A stretch of 49,767 bases of DNA, the filler included, from Basidiobolus ranarum (taxonomy: Eukaryota), in the NCBI GenBank assembly GCA_040143965.1. It is 2 parts of 2 records of this genome, joined end to end, with 100 filler letters (N's around TTAATTAATTAA, not from the genome) between each part and the next. Parts side by side here need not be neighbours in the genome. Positions count along the whole stretch, not along the records: positions 24,999 to 49,767 come from JASJQH010000147.1; 1 more part is not named here. The stretch is one strand, 5' to 3'. The notes under the pieces were generated by a model. The model worked only from the letters and a program-made list of their open reading frames with translations, ran no database searches and had not been told where the DNA came from. Within the stretch, counting starts at the first letter, position 1. Every line of letters begins with the position of its first letter. Of this stretch, positions 37,844-49,767 are shown in pieces. The position numbers were made by a program, and so were the translations under genes.

Positions 37844-40039
37844 TTAGCTCTGAACAGTACTAAGGATGTCCGGATACTCAGATCGCACTAAATCAATAAT
37901 TTCTTGAGTATCTAGCGGGCGATGTTTCATCTGGTTCAGAAGTGTTAGTAAAGATTTCGAGTTAGGTTTGATTCCATACTCTTTCATTTCTGTAGTAAAC
38001 ACGCGCTTTGCTTCGATAAAGGATTCAAATTTGCATAGAGCTTCAATGTAAGAGTTGAAGTTGTTTTCGCTTAGTGGAAAATGTTCGTTCTTTAAGTTGG
38101 ACCACACACCCTTTAATGTCTCAAGATCGCCGTTAGCCCCACAAGAGTCCAGTAGGATAGAAGCGTGAGAGGTGAGTTGTTCTGAGGGAAAGGTCTTCCT
38201 AGCAATATTCCATAGTTCGAATGCTTTAGCACCATCTCCCTTAAAACTATGAAAGTTCATCAATATGCTATAGGTAAACACATCGTATGGTAGGCGTTTT
38301 TCAGTCATTTCATGGAAAAACAGCATGACTTGCTCCAATTTGGAGTTAGTGAGACAGCCGTTCATCATTATGTTGTATGTACTTGTAATCAGAGGTACAT
38401 CGCTCTTCTTCATCTGCTCAAACATATCAACTGCTCTATCTAATCTAGCGCTTTTCATATACCCATCGATCAGGCTGTTATATGTGAGAGAGTTTGGCCT
38501 AAGGCCAGCGGTTTTCATTTCTTCGAATAGAACTAGAGCCTTATCCATACTCGAGTACTTGCCGAAACCATTTATGAGAGCAGTATATGTTTTCACATTT
38601 GGCGATATCTGGTGCGTCTTCATCAACTCAAACGCTTTAAAGGCTTCGTCAAGGTCACCTATTTTGACATGGCCATCAATAAGAGTAGTAAAAGTAACTA
38701 CGTCCGGTTTGAGTCTTCGCCTTTGCATCTCTTCAAAGATTTGATTCGCTTGCTGCATATTGTGAGATTTAGAACAGGCGTGTATAAGCGAGTTAAGAGT
38801 GATAGTGTCGGGAGAGATTTTTCGTGAAAGCATATCTTGATATAGCTCCAGCGACTTGTCGATATTAGCTTCTTTAGCAAACGCATCGATAAGAATACTG
38901 TAAGTCCTCTCGTTGGGTGAAATACCCTCTGTTAACATACGTTCGAAGTATTCTGTCGCTTTATCGTAATCTTGAACTCGAACAAATCCTTGTATCAGAG
39001 TTGAGTAAGTGACTACGTTAGGCGTTACTCCATGTTTTGTCATTTCCTCGAGAACAAGCACTGCCTCCTTTAAACGAGAGCTCCGTGTGTATCCTTTAAT
39101 GAGAATAGAGTATGTCCATATGTTAGGGGAGTGTCCCAAGCGTATCATATCGTTGTAAACGTCGGTTGCCTGCTCCAGACTCCCCCAGCTAATTAATAAA
39201 TCAATTAGTATGGAAAAGGATGTGACATCAGGCACAATGTTCTGATCCATCATTTCTTTATAAATATCTTTGGCCAGTTCGATATTTGCAACTTTCGAAC
39301 AGGTATGTAGTAAAAGAGAATATGTTTCATCGTTTGGTAATATTTGGAATTTTTTCATGTCGGAATGAATGCTGAATACTCGGTTAAACTCTTCATGCTT
39401 ATTTGCTATTTTCATGAGAGTGTTACACGTGGTAGTATCGGATAGAATGCCCTGCTGGTGCAGCAATTGATACAACTGAAAACTAAGTGAGGGTGAATTT
39501 CGACTCAAACTGGTTATGAGTTCGACGTAAAGATCTGAAGTTGGAGTGAGCCTTCTCTGAAGCATTTGTTGTAATGTCTCTTCCACGCGCTTAATGTCAC
39601 CTCTACTCGCGTGGTATAAAGCTAAAGCACTATACTCCGTCATAGAAGTTAGTGTTATATCATTTCTCTCAATGTATGCAATAATCCGTTGACATCGTTC
39701 AGCGGTATTTGGGTCTTTCCCTTTTCTAATCAAACGTAATAGAAGTGCTACCTGTTTAGAAGGTAGACTTTCTGTAAGGTTATGCTCGTAAATATCACTG
39801 AATATTTTCCACGCCTTGACAGAATCTCGTCGACGTACAGCTATTTCAAAACTAGGGGAATGTGGTATTTTGGAGGCCAAATTGTTACATCCTGAAGCTA
39901 AGCGAACCTGGTTTCGAGAATCTATCAGGGGTAGTAGTGGTGAGGGTGGGACTCTAATTAAACTTGGCTTTGGGAGGTTCTTCTGAATTATACTGGAGAT
40001 GCCACGTCCCAAAGCCGGCACTCGCCCAAGCTGGGACAT
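37844..40039 (-). CDS. P-class pentatricopeptide repeat (PPR) protein, probably mitochondrial
   Basis: At least 11 contiguous 35-aa repeats (e.g. VVTYSTLIQGF...GISPN); Arg/Ser-rich N-terminus poor in acidic residues; single exon. Confidence 0.95.
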   Translation of the reverse strand: MSQLGRVPALGRGISSIIQKNLPKPSLIRVPPSPLLPLIDSRNQVRLASGCNNLASKIPHSPSFEIAVRRRDSVKAWKIFSDIYEHNLTESLPSKQVALLLRLIRKGKDPNTAERCQRIIAYIERNDITLTSMTEYSALALYHASRGDIKRVEETLQQMLQRRLTPTSDLYVELITSLSRNSPSLSFQLYQLLHQQGILSDTTTCNTLMKIANKHEEFNRVFSIHSDMKKFQILPNDETYSLLLHTCSKVANIELAKDIYKEMMDQNIVPDVTSFSILIDLLISWGSLEQATDVYNDMIRLGHSPNIWTYSILIKGYTRSSRLKEAVLVLEEMTKHGVTPNVVTYSTLIQGFVRVQDYDKATEYFERMLTEGISPNERTYSILIDAFAKEANIDKSLELYQDMLSRKISPDTITLNSLIHACSKSHNMQQANQIFEEMQRRRLKPDVVTFTTLIDGHVKIGDLDEAFKAFELMKTHQISPNVKTYTALINGFGKYSSMDKALVLFEEMKTAGLRPNSLTYNSLIDGYMKSARLDRAVDMFEQMKKSDVPLITSTYNIMMNGCLTNSKLEQVMLFFHEMTEKRLPYDVFTYSILMNFHSFKGDGAKAFELWNIARKTFPSEQLTSHASILLDSCGANGDLETLKGVWSNLKNEHFPLSENNFNSYIEALCKFESFIEAKRVFTTEMKEYGIKPNSKSLLTLLNQMKHRPLDTQEIIDLVRSEYPDILSTVQS

Positions 40040-40357
40040 GGTTATAGGTGTCAGCCAAGAAGGTAAATTTTTTATGTTTTGTTTGGGGTAGAGACTCCTT
40101 GGCTATTTTCCTAAATCACAGTCAAGTAACTCAGCACGATCCCATAGAAATTTTCTCAGGGAATCAAATTTTGTTCAACAATTTAGGTTTGTGCGATAAG
40201 CTATCAATTTGCATTTAAATACCATTGCGATCCAGACAACAAATGGAACCAGAAGGCTAATTAGATAGTTGATTTTTAATAATACGGTTATACGTATGTC
40301 ACATGCAAAATAAATACAGGAATCCCATCAATAATAGCTGATTCTTCGAATTGCCGA

Positions 40358-42684
40358 TCAATTTCTTTTCAAATGCGATATCCTCTCTTTGAACGACTTT
40401 CTCATTTCTGTCAACTTGGACCCAAGTCGCTCGGAAAGATGATAGATTTTCCCCATGAATTCCATTCCTAAATGGATTTTCGTGATAATTTTCTGTCGAA
40501 CATTAGCACGATAATGGGTCAATTTAGAGACATACCAATCGAGCTGCAGGTATGGGGAGTCTACATACGAGCCAAGGTTCTTGAAGGTGGAGATAGCTAC
40601 AGATCTAATTTCTGACCGGATTTGCAGTGTAAAATTGGCCGTGTTTCTGATAGGCTTACCTATACTTCTAACTTTAGAGAGCAAGCATTGGACTGTGAAG
40701 GTTGTGCACTCATCAGAATGTGGAATGTTCGTGGTTTTTTCAGATAATTGAATTTTAGCAAGTCCTGCCACCTTGTGGAACTCCAACGAACTATCCAAGT
40801 CATTCCTATGAGCTTGGCTAATGGGGCCGGTTGGTTGTACAATTGGCTCGTGTGGATGTACAGTATCTACTAGTGTTTGGTTGCTAAAAATAGGTGTTTG
40901 CCCAGGCTGATGCTGCTCTGTCTTGTTGACAATAAATATCTGAATATCAAGTTTTGAATTCAATTCGGGAATCTTTGGGCGTCCCTTACTAAGAGTGTGT
41001 ATTGATAATTCAGTGGAGAGTTTACTAATGGTGGACACAGAAAGTAGATTTTGTGCACCATGATCTACTAAGTTTGGCCAAACTCCGTTGATCTCGTCCA
41101 CAGGTACAGGTACAGGTATTCCAGTGAATTCAGATGTTGAGTTGTCCATAGTCTCTTCAGACGGATCTACATCAAGCCCTGGAATAGGCAAGAGTATCCA
41201 TAAAGTGAAAAGAACAACAAACATGAGAGTGGCGAGCCATCTAATTGATTTTCTTCTGCTTCGATTCAATACGAATATCGCTTTCTTGGTTGCAGATTTG
41301 AGCGCATCTGCATGCAACCCGAGAATACGGTTATATACACATTGGCTGTCCAGTAAGGTGAACTCCGTGGTGGTCAATATCGTTTCACCACAAATCTCCC
41401 CTTTGATTTTGAGCCAACCATGTGTCAACAGAACATGGGAATCTGTAAAGGATTTTATATTAATATCGTTCCTTTCGAGTGTTTCCAAGATCGACCTTCG
41501 ACATCCAACGATCTCATCCACACCTAGTGCCTCAGTTCCGACAATTATAGGGACAACATTCACTTGTTGAGAAAGAACCATCATGGCATTGATATCGTTT
41601 TCACTTATTAGCGAAGTAACGAAATAGAAGCAGACATCCACTACGTTGTTGTTTTTCTGCAGCGAATGGTCCACGAGCACATCTTCCAATGACTGGATGT
41701 ATTGAAGAGCATCAGAAATATTTCGATCAATAAAATCCCCAACTTGAATGTAGACGCCACTGTCTTCATATCGCACTACTGAGTTTCGTAGATCATCACG
41801 GCCAAGGAGGACAGACATTGGTAATACCACATAATTAACGCCAAACTCTCGTTTAGATCCAGGCAATGTTGAAGAATCGGATAAGGTCTGACTACTAGTG
41901 GGTGACGGCTCAAATAAACGAGAAAGAGAATGACTAATTTTTTCGAGAATCAGTTCTTTGTCTTCGCCGCTGGCTCCGGACCCCATAAATAGAATACGTA
42001 AGGTGAGAGGTAATTCAAACTCTACTGTATCCACAGCTTGATTCTCCAGTGTAAGCCGAAAGTTATCCTGAAAGGCTGATGGATGAAGCCCCATAGAACC
42101 TTCTGATGTCAAACTTGGTTCGTTCGAATCGGATGTAGAGCTCCTAAATGGGGATTTAATCAAACTAATACAATAAAAGCTGTATAAAAATTCCCGTACT
42201 TTATCACATTAGGTCCATCTCTTATATTGGCTTCTCCTTTGTGAACACTCAACTCCTCTTCCTTCTCAGGCTTATTTTCCACCGAGGTTATTACAGCAAT
42301 GGGTGATTGAGAATCTTCACAACGGAATACGTTGTTTTCATTCAACTGAATGTCGTTATTGGCAGTGTATGCCTTTTTCATATCACTTACCAAAAACAAT
42401 AAGCTTTAAAACCCCGCCTTTAATCCAGATAATGTAGGCTCTACTTACTTTTTCCTGAATGAAGACAGGAAGACAGGAGACGACTCAACAAGATCCGTAA
42501 ATGAGGGTGGTTCTATATCAGAACTTGAACTGTCTGAGCAAATAAGTTCAGAACCTTGTGAAGTCCACACCGAGATCTCTTCGACCACCTCAAAGTCAGA
42601 ATCATCCGATTCAGTCAACAATGAAATTTCCTTCGCATGGTTTTCTTGCAATAGAAACTGCGAAGTGGATAATTGAAATACCAT
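40358..42684 (-). CDS. Single-pass membrane protein with a degenerate septin-like GTPase domain, 3 exons (~742 aa)
   Basis: Introns 42448-42386 and 42199-42165 join three ORFs in phase; LRILFMGSG, VDVCFYFV, DINAMMVLSQQVNVVPII resemble septin blocks; TM WLATLMFVVLFTLWILLPI. Confidence 0.7.
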
Positions 42685-44818
42685 TATTGTCGGAATATCT
42701 TTCGCAGGCTACTGAAAAATATAAAGATTAAAAATAACAGTAAGATAAATATTGAAAGCATCCATTGACCCTAACATTTCAGTTTTGATGGACAAAGAAA
42801 TGTGCAGAACTGAGGGATTTAAATTATTCCACAAAATGTCGACACGTAACACTATGTAATATATGGGACTAACAAGTTCTTGGAAAAGCAAAACGTAAAT
42901 GATACTGGAGAAGCAAAATTTCTTTCAATTTCGACAGCCATTGCTCAAACAAAAGGGTTTGAAGACTATAGCGCCAAATATCAAGAAATTTTAGTGAAAG
43001 CTTCCTCACCTACTTGTCTGGAAAACTTTGCTGGGCTTAATAGAGAATGGGCTACTGTTTGCTGAATTACTTGAAAGGACACTAATGATACCCAGTAAAG
43101 ATGCGTCCAACAGACTGAATTATTGGACTAGGTAGTTGTGACTGTTGCGCTTTATATAGCAACATACTAACAATAAGATAATATTGAGCCATATTTAATT
43201 TCATTGTGTGTCTAATATTTCACCATGTGCTAGCGTGAAGTTTATTTAAGTCGCAACCTTAGCAGCATCAGAAAAATTAGTGTAAAGCGGCTTTCACTGG
43301 ATGTTAATTGGTTAGGATGGTTGCAGAGTAAATTAAGTTATTTATCAATGTGTCAACACCTGCAGCTAGCCAAGTCACGATACTCTATACTCAGGAAGGT
43401 TGTCATAGCGATTTAAAGATAGCCAATCATAGCATTTAGGGGGTTTGTAAATCAAGTAGAGAATACCGCAGCCTTGGTACTGAACCAACCAAGCTTCTTC
43501 GATTTGTGGCTGAGGTGTGTATTAAGGCCTTGAGCTCCTACGTACATCATAGGTGTTTGATTCAGGAACGCAACCAGCCCTAAAACCATCACCATTGTAC
43601 GTGCAAAGCCAGTACAATAATCCACCTTTGTCCCCTTTGGCTCAGTAGATTTCTCAGCTGTCGATTCACCCTTCACACTTTACCTGTCATCCTTCACTCT
43701 CTAATACATGTCCAACATCAGTGATAAGATATGTATAGCACCGAGTCGACAATTGGATTTGTGTTTATTTGATTACAGCGCCAGCATAATTGAAAGAATA
43801 GTATCTGTATATCACGTGATGAGCTTATCTATAAATAGTTAAATTTCACTCTAAACAGTATTTATTATTCGAGAAGTGACATTACTATATTAGCCATTAT
43901 GTGGGCAATGTTGGGTGGTGTACTTGGTCGGTGTACAGGTTAATCTAGTGAGGCTGTTGTGAGTAAATATGGTAGTTATCTCAGTACTCTAGCCATACTA
44001 TGCGAGATGCATCACAAAGAAACCTTTTAGGCTATACGATACGCATCGCAAAGGAACCTTTTGGGAAAAGCCTAAATTAGCACATGTATTGTTACGTGGT
44101 TATCCACGTACATCAATGGTACTACGTTCATGAATATTTTCAGTTCGCTCGTTATTTTTAAAAATTACTAGGTAACACACCCAAACCAATCATTGTGTAT
44201 TGGGAGAAATGGCTCGTTCATGAGCTGTGGGGATCCATCATCAACTATTCAGCAAATTTATTAGCCTTGGAGATCCCCTATAATCCTTGTGTAAATTTGT
44301 TAGTGTCTTCTATATTACCTTATTGACGATTGGAATTACTACCACCTAATACCCTTTTTTAATACTCCGAATTTGCCACCCTAAATTCATCCCCCTGTGC
44401 CAGTTAGCTTCACTTTTTTTACCCAAGTCTTCCTTGGTCTCGACTTATTAGCCACTTCACTCTTATTTGTACCCAATAGTTGGAGATAACTAAGACTTCA
44501 CTCTTCGTTGCTTCTACTCTCCGCATTAGTGATCATCCTAACTCCTTATATTTAGTATAGGTATAATTTTTATTCATTTTTGATGGACTCCTCACCTCCT
44601 TTAGATGACTTGTTTAATTCGGTTATGCTGTTAATTTAGGGAATTTCCTCCAGTAGAAGTAACTCTAGGTCGTTGCATTTGGAACACTAACAAATCAAGT
44701 ATATACTTTTTGTTACGGGTACCACTATATAAAGTAGGCTTTATTCTAAAGAAGCCTTGGGGATTCTAAATTTATCTAAACCATTGCATAATTGATTTTA
44801 GGAAATCAAGATTTTGTT

Positions 44819-47800
44819 ATGATTTCTGCCCCAACTACCAATACCAATTTTCAAAACAACATAATAGGTACCAAAGTGTTTGAATAGAAATTCTTTATTT
44901 TATTTACTAATTTTTGTAAATAGTGCCTGCTCAAAATCCCTCCATGAATTCTGGTAAAGTTCCAATGCAAAACGAAGAATCTATACCGCCTGAGTACCAA
45001 ATTCCAGAAGATGTTCTTTCTGTTTTACCATATTACGATGGGTTTACTACCAAATTCTACATGTACGGATTTCTGAACAAGAAAAACGAGTCGACTCCTG
45101 ATGGTAAACTTTTCAAGATGCGCGACTGGACTCGTTGGTATGTTGAGTTATGTGGACCTGTTCTGATATTTTGGAGAGCCACCCCTGAATATACTATGGA
45201 GAATGTCGAGAGACTCAAATCCTTGATTGCTCCGAATTTTTTAAATGTCTCCGATTGCATTGTCAACACTTGTCAAAACCAAGATGATCGTCAGTTTGTC
45301 TTTTCTCTGAACACTTCTGGCGCTAATCGTTTCTATATGGAGGCTGGTGACTCGAAAGAACTCAACGATTGGGTTTGTGCCATTCGTCTTTCCTCTTACG
45401 AGATGGCTAAACTTCATGAAATGTATACTTATGTGATACTTACTCGCTCTGATTTCTCCCACCTCTTTTCTACTTATCATTCTTTCACAGAGGGTTATCT
45501 TCAGATTAAATATGCTGGGGCTTCTCAGTGGAGAAGATGCTGGGCTGTATTAGATAATGAGCATGTTACTCCACAAGGTCCACAGATACAATTCTTTGAA
45601 GACCCACATGCTGGCTCACTTTTTAATCTAAGTCAAGTAACTCAAGCTTATTCCGTGTATCCTGAAAGACCAGAACTTTCAGATGTCTCGGGGATATTTA
45701 AAGTGGAAGGTACCGTTGATATTAGCCTCGATTATAATGCAATTAGACCAGAATTCATAATCATGAGTGCCGAATCCCCTGAGGATATGGCAAGATGGGT
45801 GGTTGCTATTTTTGATGCATATAAACTTTTCGGAAGACCTGAGCAACTTCATATCCCTCCTGCTCCCACAGACACACACTCTCTTTACTTGCAGGTATCA
45901 CAAGTCAACCATTTAGATATGAGTCGTAATGATTCAGTCGATTGTAAACATTTATTCGAGAAAATTCTCGTTGGAGAAGGTGAACCACTGCATGAGCAAA
46001 TGATGGATATGCATATCGAAAATGTTCCTAAAGTGACTAGAACTAAATCATCAGTCAGCTTTGCTGCTAGCACAAAGAAAAATGGAAAGAAGCCCAAAGC
46101 CATTCTTCCAAGTGATTCAGAAGAATCCGAAGAGGAGGAGGTTATCGAAGAGTCAGAAAGCGATGATGAAGAATTGTTCGTGAGTAAAACTAGTGTGCCA
46201 CAACCACAAGGTAAGCTTGCTTAGTTTATTGTTTATTAGCTAAACCTGACAATTTTTGTGCCTTTTGTAGAGAAAACGATAGTCAACACAGTTAGCGAGC
46301 CAGCGGACCTTAAAGTACCAACTCCATCCAATGGAAACCTTGCGCCTAAAGCCCTCAAGGCCAAAAAGCAATTGGCAAGTGATTCGGAAGAAGCAAGTGA
46401 TACAGAAAGTCATCAATCTGATGAACATTCATCACCTGAAGAGCCTCTCTCCCTCGCAGTCAAACCCTCGGAACCAGAGCCTGTTCCAGAACCTGAATCA
46501 GTTGCTACTGCTTCAGTTCCCAAAGCAAGAAAACTTAAGGCCAAAGCCGTTTTGCCATCTGATTCGGAGGAGAGTGAGGAGGATGAGGATGATGATGACG
46601 ATCACCCCGTTTTCGCTGGTGATAATAAGCCTTTGCAGACACAACAACACCCTGTTATAGCCTTCACAGGTCCTGAAAGTGACATGTCTAGAGAAGTATA
46701 TAACGATCCTCGCTTTGCTAATTCAGCCAATCAATTTCAACGTCCTCCCTCAGCAATTGATCCTAGATCTATGAGTCACAATGTTGGGAATCCTTATGCG
46801 CAAGATGTTGGACGTAGGGATCAAATGGGACGCCAGTTTTCCAATAGTACTATTCAGAGTGAATATGATCCGCGATATGCTGGCTGGGAAGGACCCCACG
46901 GTTCAAGTGTCTACTCCCGCGACCCCAATATGGAAGCAGAGGAAAGATGGCGCCGCGAAGAGATGGAACGCCGCAGGTATGATATGGGACCACCATCGCC
47001 TACTATGCACTCCATGTATGGTGCTGAAGATGAGATGCCTATTGGAGGCTTTAATCCCATGGACAGACGTCAAATGGAGCAACAACGCTTAACAGCCATG
47101 AGAGGCAACAGCATGTATGCTTACGGACCACAAGGTAATCCTGGCATGGGAATGCCTATGAATATGCCAATGAATAATGGACCCGGTTACTATGGTGGTT
47201 CTACATACATGGATGATTCTGGCTTTGACTATCAAGACCCAGCTTTCGGGTATTCTCCATATCAGTCTAGAATGGAGCCAATGGGGCTATTGGCCGCCCA
47301 TGACGCTGCCAGAATGTCTCGTTTTGAACAGCCGAGACATGGACCTTTGATTCAAGTTGATAAGAAAAAGGTTACCCATCAAGTTGGTTTGATAGGTGCA
47401 ATTGCTGCTAGAGAGCAATATAAAGCTATACATAAATATACTAATGCCAACTCTGGTAGTGCGATGCTCGAGTTAGCTCGTGAGCGAGAGGAGGCACTTG
47501 AGAGAGAAAAGGAGCGCATGTTGATGGAGCAAAGACAACAGATTTATTATCAAGAGGAACTTCGTCGAAGAATGGGAGCAGCAACCAGTGATAGAGGCTA
47601 TATGTATCCTACCTTCAATGGCGCTCCATCCATGTCTGGAATGATGCGTCCCGGAAGCAATGTATACATTCCTGAAGGCTCAGATGAAGAAGATAACCAA
47701 ACTCTTGCAAGCGCTTTACCTGGTCAGCGTTATTCTTCACCTCATGCACCTCAACAAACCCAGAGCTTTTATGGAGCCCAAGGTGGGCAACAACACCTTT

Positions 47801-48459
47801 CTATCTCACCCCAATATCCTTCTCGATTATCAGCACCATTAAGTAACGATACAAGCCCTCTTGGTCCTGGTGGTCGACATTCATACATGGACGCTGGCTC
47901 ATTCCCTCCAGCCTCCCCTCGCCCAAACCAGAGTGTCAGCCCTGGATATCCCGCTAATCAGCGACCAGCATCTTCATTCGCATCAACCACTTCGTCATCA
48001 AATGTCTCACCTGCGTCGTCGAGATATAACATTGAATCCATTGCGACAGGACCTCAAAACTCGTTTGCCCCCCCTAGATTACCAGAAATTTCCTCTCAGC
48101 CACTTGGTATGAGTTCTCTATCCTCTGCAATAGGTGCTAGTGCTTCGGACGATGTTGATCCCAGTGGCTCTGAAAGTGAAGAAGAGGACCTTCCCAAAAG
48201 CAGTAGTCAGGTCGCAGACAAATTTGAAGAATTCATCGATGACAAAGTAGAGATGAAACCCTACTCATTTGTTGATTCTCAGCAATTATATGATTCGTAC
48301 TTATCATGGTGTCGCGTGAAGAGACTGCCGCCCAACGCTCAAGCGGGACCAGGGCAAATGGAAGCCTTAATGATTGAAAATGGTTTTACTAAGAAAAAGA
48401 AGAAGGACGCATCTCCAGATGAAGAACCTGAGCAATGGTACAACATCACCATAGTTTAG
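44819..48459 (+). CDS. Skg3/Caf120-like tandem PH-domain protein with long low-complexity region, 3 coding exons
   Basis: WTRWYVELCGPVLIFW, PNFLNVSD, LNTSGANRF, WRRCWAV, QAYSVYPERPEL, DAYKLFGRP, GLIGAIAARE; introns 44868-44923 and 46211-46270 are phase-compatible. Confidence 0.8.
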
Positions 48460-49188
48460 CCCGGCCCTTTAAACAACTTGATATGTAGAGATGAATTGAA
48501 TTTTTCTCAATGAAATCTTCTCCAATCGATCAATACTTTGGACAAGACAAGACATGTATCTCAGCAACCCTCGCCCTGCCCATACTACTCCGATTCATCT
48601 TAATCACCACAATACCTGTCCCCACTTTTCGCATCTTCTACCCTTATCACCTTTACATTGCTGCAGATATTTCTTCTATTTCTCAACACTTCCCTATGCA
48701 TTATTCATTGGATCTCCATGGTTTTTTGGGGATCAATCTAACTTTTTAGTTTATTTATAATTTGTTACACACCATATCGTTATGTTTGTTTCATACTCTA
48801 TTTTTATGGCTATCCTCATGACAATCACCTTTGTTGTTACAAACCATTGAAACATGTTGCAATAAATTCTTTGATATCATCACGTGATGGCTCCATACTT
48901 CGATGGATGTGACGTCTATTTCCTTTCAGAATTCAATATCATAGTGAGCGCATTCAATATCCAAATAATCGAGAAAATTGCTGTCTTTTCCGCTCTTTTT
49001 AGTAGGGTTAGGGTTTGAATACTATGATATGTACGAGAGAGTAGACTGACGAATACGAAGTTTTATTCTGGCGATAGAAGTGAGTTTAATGTATAACGAA
49101 TGAATGCAATATGATTGTTGATTCTAGGTTGTGATAGTGGCTAAATTAAGAAGGACTCATAAAGTACAATTGGGAAATACAAGCTTAT

Positions 49189-49767
49189 TTATACAAGTGT
49201 GACGTAGTTCTCTTTCTCAACTACCAATGGTGATTCACAATAACCAAGTAGTTTGGACACCATGGCTTCTTTACATCCCTTGATGCGATTTAATTCCTTA
49301 CTGGAATAGTTGACAAGTCCCTTGCCGACTGTGACGGTGCCCATCTCTCCATTTTTATTGATGGGCTTCTCAACGGCAATACATACTCCTTGGTTGGGTA
49401 CGAATTGGCCATCCACGCGTAAGATATGAGAACTTGAAAGAACATTTGGGTCCTTCGCAAGCATACTTGCCGATTCCTCGTCTACCACGACTGTGCCAGC
49501 AGTGTGAATTCCATGCAAGATCCACCATTTACGGTCGACCATTGGTACTGGCTTAGCAATGAAACATGTGTGTAAAGGTACCTCAGACTTGGTTTCTTTC
49601 TCTTCACCTTCGTAGAAGTTGATGATATCAAACACTCGCTCAGGCTCGCTTCCTCGAGTGATCACTGTATGAACTCCAGCTGCAGTGGCTAGCTCAGCTG
49701 CAATCAGCTTGGTCACCATACCACCTGTACCAACGGAGCTACCGGCTGATGAGACATTCACCTCCTT
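49189..49767 (-). CDS. PRO1: Glutamate 5-kinase, C-terminal part with PUA domain (gene continues beyond the window)
   Basis: GSSVGTGGMVTKLIAAELATAAGV, DRKWWILHG, VGKGLVNYSSKELNRIKG. Confidence 0.92.
   Translation of the reverse strand, partial: KEVNVSSAGSSVGTGGMVTKLIAAELATAAGVHTVITRGSEPERVFDIINFYEGEEKETKSEVPLHTCFIAKPVPMVDRKWWILHGIHTAGTVVVDEESASMLAKDPNVLSSSHILRVDGQFVPNQGVCIAVEKPINKNGEMGTVTVGKGLVNYSSKELNRIKGCKEAMVSKLLGYCESPLVVEKENYVTLV

Noticed and set aside
44372..44380. Rpn4/PACE-like GGTGGCAAA on the minus strand
   Set aside because: Single occurrence, not upstream of the proteasome gene; compatible with chance.
43811..48889. ATCACGTGAT palindromes at 43811 and 48879
   Set aside because: Common bHLH/Cbf1-type E-boxes with no further support for a special role.

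Overview
Eukaryotic, intron-rich, gene-dense genomic DNA from a fungus. Short GT-AG introns (~50-90 nt), TTAGGG motifs and the gene content suggest an early-diverging lineage such as Zoopagomycota/Mucoromycota, possibly Basidiobolus-like (inference). Left to right: a frameshifted heme-thiolate peroxidase, a decayed DHTKD1-like E1 pseudogene, a GH47 mannosidase homologue with substituted catalytic/Ca2+ residues, a MetR/CYS-3-like bZIP, a secreted Ser/Thr-rich CBM19-like protein, an Mcm1/SRF MADS-box gene, MRPL6, proteasome beta-6 (Pre7), Pin1/Ess1, an unknown gene, a cytochrome c1-type heme lyase and an MtfA-like C2H2 factor. A nest of TGTTG...CAACA LTRs then runs into a 100-nt artificial linker (N44-TTAATTAATTAA-N44). 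Right of the gap: a 5'-truncated actin, two more MtfA-like C2H2 genes, an anoctamin/TMEM16 gene head-to-head with a tail-to-tail pair of penta-EF-hand (ALG-2/Pef1) genes, a long canonical PPR protein, a degenerate septin-like transmembrane protein with autophagy-receptor-like motifs, a Skg3/Caf120-like PH protein with an unexpected C-terminal winged-helix-like domain, and the 3' end of glutamate 5-kinase. Exon boundaries were read by eye and family assignments come from motif recognition; no database search was run.
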